A stretch of 64,000 bases of DNA from Macrostomum lignano (Eukaryota): assembly GCA_002269645.1 (NCBI GenBank), contig NIVC01000175.1, positions 773,029 through 837,028 on the forward strand. Reading direction: 5' to 3'. Position 1 is the stretch's first letter; the number at the start of each line of letters is the position of its first letter. The notes beneath the pieces were generated by a model. The model was not told the origin of the DNA. It did no database searches and saw only the letters and a program-made list of their open reading frames with translations. A program made the position numbers and the translations under genes. Shown here piece by piece: positions 57,874 through 64,000 of this stretch.

Positions 57874-58255
57874 TTTAGAGACGATCAACAAATTCTACGA
57901 ACCAATGCTACGCGACATTATCGAAGAGTTTCAAGACGTCTCATCGACAAATCAGCTTGGCGAGCAACTTAGCTGGGTGAGCCAGAACAATGGCCAAGGC
58001 AACGAAACAATCGACTATCTCACTAGATGGACAACTTGTTGCAACGAAACCTATCGAGTATTCTATTTCTCGGATGACTCGATTCAAGTCAACTTTGCAA
58101 CTGCGTTTGTGCTTCGACTGTGCGGCCGTTTGTGTTATTTTTATCAGCAGCCAAGATGGAGCTTCCTGGTGGAGTCAAAACCATTCGATGCGTGGTGTTT
58201 CCAGGAGATCAATGCAGAACTAGTCGATGTGCTGTGTGATATATTCCTAGAATAA
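57830..58255 (+). pseudogene. Out-of-frame continuation of the PLK (end of polo-box 1 plus polo-box 2); frameshift, micro-intron or assembly indel
   Basis: Second frame is open from 57830: ..NLETINKFYEPMLRDI...YLTRW...VFYFSDDSIQVNF, similar to PLK1 PB2 LHLSNGSVQINF. Confidence 0.65.
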
Positions 58256-58278
58256 ACTGGGACTGCAGCTATGAATCG

Positions 58279-60841
58279 GGAATACAATGCAGAAATCTGT
58301 TTGGTACAGTGCATATCAAAGATATTACACTTCTTCAAAAATATTTAACAATTGTACAGTTGAAACAACAAATTTATACATATTTTAGCAGCATGAATAA
58401 TCTCATAGTTGGTAAATGTTTAGAAAAATACTTTTTGCTTCTTTCTTTTTATTCTAACAAATACACCAAAAATTAAATATTTGTATTATTGCTATTACTG
58501 TTATAAACCTATGCAAATAACTTTATACATAGAAAATGATTACTCTAATGCAACAAATAAACATAGTATAATGCACAATGTGCAAAAAACATGAAAAGTT
58601 TATTGAAAAAAATAACAATGAAATAAACTAAATTCTTGTATAAATAGTAATATCAAGCCATTGCAAATTGCAGGCACACTACTTATAGTAGGTGAGCAAT
58701 ATATAAAAGATAAACAAACAATTACATAATTTTTATGGTGATTATACTCATCACAATTTATATAGAAATAACATGAATAAATAAAAAGTTAAAATACAAA
58801 ACAAAACTAAGATTAAAAGACTTTGTACACTAATTTTGAATAGCCTAGCATATATACTTAATGATCCATTTTTATGATATAGCTGTTCTTTCTATCATAT
58901 GACTAAATAAATTTCAAACATAAATCTAATGAGAAGTCTAAGTACATTCTTAAATAGTGTTATATACTACAGAGTTCATTCTTTTATTAACCTAGAAATT
59001 CTCATATATATTTCTTAATAAATTCTTCTAGTAAATGTATCTTAGATTATCTAGGTATTTAGCTATCTGGAATAAGTTATTACTAGATAAGAGAGTCATG
59101 GCCTTCTTATTATTGTACTTAAGAGGTACTTATCTACTATGCTTTTTATCTAGTATCTTACTTAAAATCAGTAGTATACATTGGACTAGTGTGACCTTGC
59201 AGGTTTGGCTATTGGTTTATTATGGCTTAGTGGATATAACCAGGTTGAGTTTTGGTAGAGTGTTGCCACCAGGCTCCTGATATTCTCAAATCCTATGTTA
59301 GTGATTAATGAATTGAGTCAGAACACCAATGAATTTATTTACTCCAAAAATTGGAAAAGAAAGAAAATAATTAAGCATGCAATAGTTAATACAATAATTA
59401 ACCCTCAGTTGTACAATGTTATTTAGGCAAAGACTCCTTGTAGTGCATTGTTATAGCATTGACTACCTTTAATAGTTCTATGTATCCTTGCTCATATCAC
59501 CAGTCTTACCTTCTATATCCTATGCTGAATTGTCTAAAACCATAACATACATGCAAGTTTCTCTTCCCAGAACTCCAACTGCTTAGTAATTATGAAGAAG
59601 CCCAAAATTTGAATTTTTTATTTCACTATAATTACTTTTCCTGACTGAAACTACTGACAGTAGTGTAAAAGCATATTTATAACCTATTCCAATATTATGC
59701 CCTACTACATTATAGTATGTTTAGCTATTATTTCACTGTTTCAAAATTATGCATTTTAAAACAAAGTATTTACTACAGATTGAAAGTAATATTTTACATA
59801 TATATTTACTTATAATATGAAACAAATAGACATTAATACTTTAGATAGCTTAGCATATATTCTTAACAATCATTTTTTCTAAAAAGGATGTAGCCATTAT
59901 TTTTTTATCATGTGACTACATAATATAAAAGCAATAATCTAATGTACTCATAGTATTTTACTAAGAAATAGTCATAATACATATTTCATTAATATTTATA
60001 GCCTTGGTAATAAATAGGGGCTAAACTAATGTATGACCAAATTAACTTAAGGCCTAAGTAAATTTAGTGATTAATTAAAGATTAAATCTGTGGCAAAACA
60101 GTCTATAGATGAAACAAGCAACTATTCACACTCTAGAAGATGTCATTCATGCTAGAACTTTCTAGTATACATTGTATTTGGAGTGCAATATATATTTTTA
60201 GTTCTAGTTCTAGTATATTCTCTGGTATGCATTCAATATAATCTAAATCTAAAGTATAGCTAGTTACTAGTTATTAGTTGCATACTTGAGACTAGTCCAA
60301 ATTTGAATAATACAATAATGATAAAAGTAAAAGATAGCTTATTTAGATTAAGGTTGTTCAGTTCTAGTTCTTGAATCATACTTTGAAATGTGACTATAAT
60401 AAAATGGCACCTAATAAAACAATATTTTATTATTAAAATATTAAGATTGCCATAAAATAAAAATACATAACAATAAAAATAATTTTCATAAAGTTTGTCT
60501 TTTTTCATTTTGACTTTTTTTCTAAAATAACAAAAACTCTTTGACAAAGCTTAAATCAATTTTAATAAATTGTTTGCCAAAATAGCCAGGTTTATACAAA
60601 ATGGTCATTGCAAAAAATATTTTGGGTTATTGACTTTTGCCAAAAATACCTTGTCAAAGTGGGTTGAAACCAATTGGAATAGTCTACCAAATATATCTAC
60701 CAAAATAATGACAACCTCATTAGACCTATCTAACTAAAACAATTTATCCCATATGCACATTTTAATATAAACTGCATATGTACTTTGATTATAAGTCAAA
60801 AAGATAGCAGATCAAAAAGCAAAAGGCAATAGTCAGAAAGA
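58279..60841. other. AT-rich domain with no CpG dinucleotide
   Basis: A line-by-line scan found no CG between 58277-78 and 60842-43. Confidence 0.85.
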
Positions 60842-61714
60842 CGATAGTCGAAGGATGACAATCAAAGGGTGACAATCAATATATTTTAAAGCTAAAATTA
60901 CAAGTTCATATATACGAGCTATTATAACAATTAGACTTTTCTTTCTGGCGTACACCTTACCATCTGCATAATGGGTCCCTTGTAAGCCTTGACATATCAG
61001 CAGTTCTCCCACAAGCCTTAACATATAAACCCCCCCCCCCTTGACAACTTAGCAATGCCCCCATAAGCCTTGAAATCTTAAAAAAATCTGTCAACCTTCT
61101 AACCCTAGCCTTTTAGCCCAAACACTAACCTTAGCCTAACCCTAAAGTATTGACATCTTAATAATTCTTGTCAAGAGTCATGAGATAGGCCTTATTTAGC
61201 CCCGCTTGTTTTCTTAGAAGTATTGTATTTGAAACTAGGCTAATTTTTGTTTTAATGAGTGTAATATTGGTAATATTGTAAATATTATGAATGTTATGAA
61301 ATTTTATTCGTTTAAAACCAAACTGAAAAAGGAGTATAAATACATGAGCAGAATCAGAAGGAAACCAACTCGTCTGCTGCTTGCTTCAAGCTTAAAATTG
61401 CTCTAGTATTGAAATTGAAGCCTTGTTCAATACTTACTGACTTAGTTATTAAGAAGCCCTAAAATTGGGAGAGTCCAAACCATTCTCAGAAGAACAAGAA
61501 ATCTAGATCTAGAATATGAGAAATTGCCTTTAGAAGGCAGGAATCCTACTATAGGGTAGAGAAGTCCAGACTCAGAGTCTGAAAAACCCACCTCAGGGCA
61601 GGAAAACCCAGCAAAGTACACTATGACCCTCTGATCCTGGAACGGCCAGGACTGAGAATAATATATTTAGAATATAGGGATAGGATAGACAGTGCCTAAA
61701 GACTGCTCAGGCCA

Positions 61715-61815
61715 GAAAGTACAACAAAAGTACATATGCTACCAATAAAAGTACATACACTACCAATAAAAGTACATATGCTACTAATAGAAGTACATGC
61801 AGTACTAGTAAAAGG
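61715..61815. repeat. Short tandem repeat, about 22-bp unit x4
   Basis: aaaagtacatatgctaccaata. Confidence 0.75.
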
Positions 61816-61852
61816 CAAGTAATAACCAGTAAGATTAATAAGAAGAAATAAT

Positions 61853-62550
61853 TAGAGGTCGGACGGGACTGAAATCTTCGGGTGGGATCGGGATTGGGAA
61901 TAATTTTTTTCTCAGGATCGGGATCGGGATTCGAGAATTGGGATCAGGTCTTTTAGCGTTTTGTCCATGTAAAGTTAAACAAAATTGAGAAAAATTGTCA
62001 AGATCAAGAAGTAAAACACAACGAAATTGATATGAAGTTTTGTAACCAACAAAGACAAAGTAAATAATATAACAAGTCATACATGCGCAACCTCCAAAAT
62101 TCGGTCGGCCGTGCGACTTAGTTTTAACAAAAATGCGACATAGTTTTTGGCCAGAAATGCGACTTACATGTAAAAAAAACCCTAAAGCAAAATTAACGCA
62201 ACTTTGGGTAAACGGCAGGAGTAACTATGACTGTCTTATTAACCAAAAATGCCTCGTCAGCTACTTAGTACTACTACTTAGGTATTTTTTCGGGTGGGCA
62301 TTTTTGCGACTTCCTTGGTTGGTCACCAAATCAGTCGGCCGGATCGGCCGACTCGGCCGACTGTTGCGCATGTATGTAACAAGTACAAGTTAAATCAAAA
62401 TACCTTCAAGTAATCACTAATTCTATAAATTTTTAATCAAAAGACCTGTTCCTGAATCCCGAGTTTTTTAGGGTTGGGATTCTGGTCCCGTGGGAATTCA
62501 ATTTTTTCGGGATCCCGAGATTTCAGGATCGGGATCCCATCCGACCTCTA
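61853..62550. mobile_element. hAT-like non-autonomous element
   Basis: TIR TAGAGGTCGGAYGGGA at both ends; 8-bp flanks gaaataat and aaaataac (6/8 match, decayed TSD); subterminal gggatc repeats. Confidence 0.7.
62078..62376. mobile_element. hAT-type MITE nested in the 61853 element
   Basis: Perfect 14-bp TIR CATACATGCGCAAC and perfect 8-bp TSD TAACAAGT. Confidence 0.88.
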
Positions 62551-62899
62551 AAAATAACCCCTGTTATAACTTTGGTGGCAATTAGTAGGATAATTGGAGG
62601 ACAGAAGTAAACTCTAGGACAACTTTGGTGTCTCAGTGATGAGATTCTCAGTGTATAGGAATTACCACTGTAACAACTTGGTGGCATAATGGTGGAATTT
62701 TCATAGAGAGCCAAAAGGCATGTAACAATCATTATAGCACTACAGCATTATAGCAATTCCCTATAAGCCTTGACATCATAAGGATTCCTAACTGAATCTC
62801 TAGCTAGGCTTAGCTAAGGCTAGCTAGGCTGGCCAATGCAATCAAGACAAAATAATATTCCTATTAAAATTTAAGGTCAGACAAGGTCTTAATCTTGAT

Positions 62900-63859
62900 T
62901 GTCAAGATCTTGGCATTCTTTTGTTTACAATCCCCTTATATTTTTTCTATAGAACATGGCACTTTCATTATATGATCCCCTATGTAAAAGATACGAGTCT
63001 TGTTTGCATATCAATAGAGTATATTTGAAGTTCAATTAGGGCCTACCCTATTCAATTGTAAGCCACAATTCTTGGCAAGAGTAGGGACATATCTATATTC
63101 ACTTTTGTTATATGATCATTCAAATGGAGGAAATGTATGGAAAGGGATCAGATAACAAAACTTGGGCTTTTCATCAATTTTGTAGGCTTAATACAATCCC
63201 CCCAAGTTGAAAAATTGTTTGCAAGGGATTGTACCTTATTTATTAACCCCTTGTCTAGGCTACCTGATGTAGATTCCACAAAAGTAAACCATGATTTTTT
63301 TCTGGCGTTCCTCCCTTCTCTTTTTTTAAACCACCCTCACTTTTGTTATATGATCCCCAACAACGTAAAAAATGTTTGTCTATAGGCCTACTGTAAGGGG
63401 ATTGTAAAACGAAAGTACAGGGGGGGTCAAGCATGGAATTATTAGATAGTATGAACTATCTTTATTTCACCTAAAAGTGCGATACCTTGATTTCATTTTT
63501 GATATACAATCCCCTGCAAACAAATTTTCGACTTGGGGGAATTTGATGAAAAGCCCAAGTTTTGTTATCCGATCCCTTTGCATACATTTCCTCCATTTAA
63601 ATGATTGTATAATATAACCAAAGTGAATATAGAGACATCCCTCTTGCCATGAATATTTTCGAGGCTTTGTTTGCCTCTTTTTGGTTGAACTCCACTTCAA
63701 ATAGACATCAATTGAAACTGCCTTAATGCAGTGCCTTTGACTCATGGATAACGTTTCGTCTGATTTCTATTCTTTGACTGCGTATTTTACACGGGGATCG
63801 TATAACGAAAGTGCCTAAGAATGGGGATCGTAAAACGAAAGAATGCCAAGATCTTGACA
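62900..63859. mobile_element. Decayed long-inverted-repeat (foldback/MITE-like) element
   Basis: tgtcaagatcttggcattc at 62900 is inverted at 63841-63859; inner arms about 63075-63235 and 63505-63650 also pair; sub-repeat tttcgttatacgatcccc. Confidence 0.75.
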
Positions 63860-64000
63860 CTTTTTGAAATTTCAATCTCGGTTATGAGATCTTAAGATTT
63901 AGGACAAGAATCAATTACAAGCAAGCAACAAGCATTTCATTTTTAGTATATTAGATTTGCAATTACATGACTTTTTATAACTACGATATTTATTATGTGG

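Noticed and set aside
61077-61145. Degenerate CCCTAA telomere-like repeats
   Set aside because: Only a few imperfect units; common inside invertebrate repeat elements.

Overview
This is eukaryotic (metazoan invertebrate) genomic DNA, not prokaryotic; most ORF-track entries are by-products of tandem repeats. GC-rich exons, minisatellite-filled introns and a TRPM_PZQ-like channel suggest a flatworm such as Macrostomum (inference only). Four protein-coding loci can be rebuilt by hand with phase-consistent GT-AG junctions. (1) + strand: the last 17 exons (280-25596, about 1460 codons, 5' end outside the window) of a TRPM2-type channel with a C-terminal NUDT9-homology domain. It has a praziquantel-pocket-like residue set and a destroyed Nudix box. 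(2) + strand: a single-exon FMRFamide-receptor-like class A GPCR (29966-31672). (3) - strand: a TRAF7 orthologue, with 5 exons found (48606-42954) and the first exon unresolved; its RING His/Asp zinc ligands are swapped relative to human TRAF7. (4) + strand: an apparently intronless, divergent polo-like kinase (56569-58255) whose frame breaks inside polo-box 1. Mobile DNA comprises two internally deleted IS630/Tc1-type elements with about 130-bp TIRs, further MITEs (including a nested hAT pair), a solo LTR with an ATAT TSD, and three tRNA-derived SINE copies. About 30 different mini- and microsatellite arrays fill introns and intergenic DNA. The right end holds about 2.56 kb with no CpG at all, plus an inverted-repeat element that lost CpGs in only one arm, pointing to local germline CpG methylation. 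No rRNA, intact tRNA or CRISPR array was found. All coordinates were read by eye; array ends are approximate.
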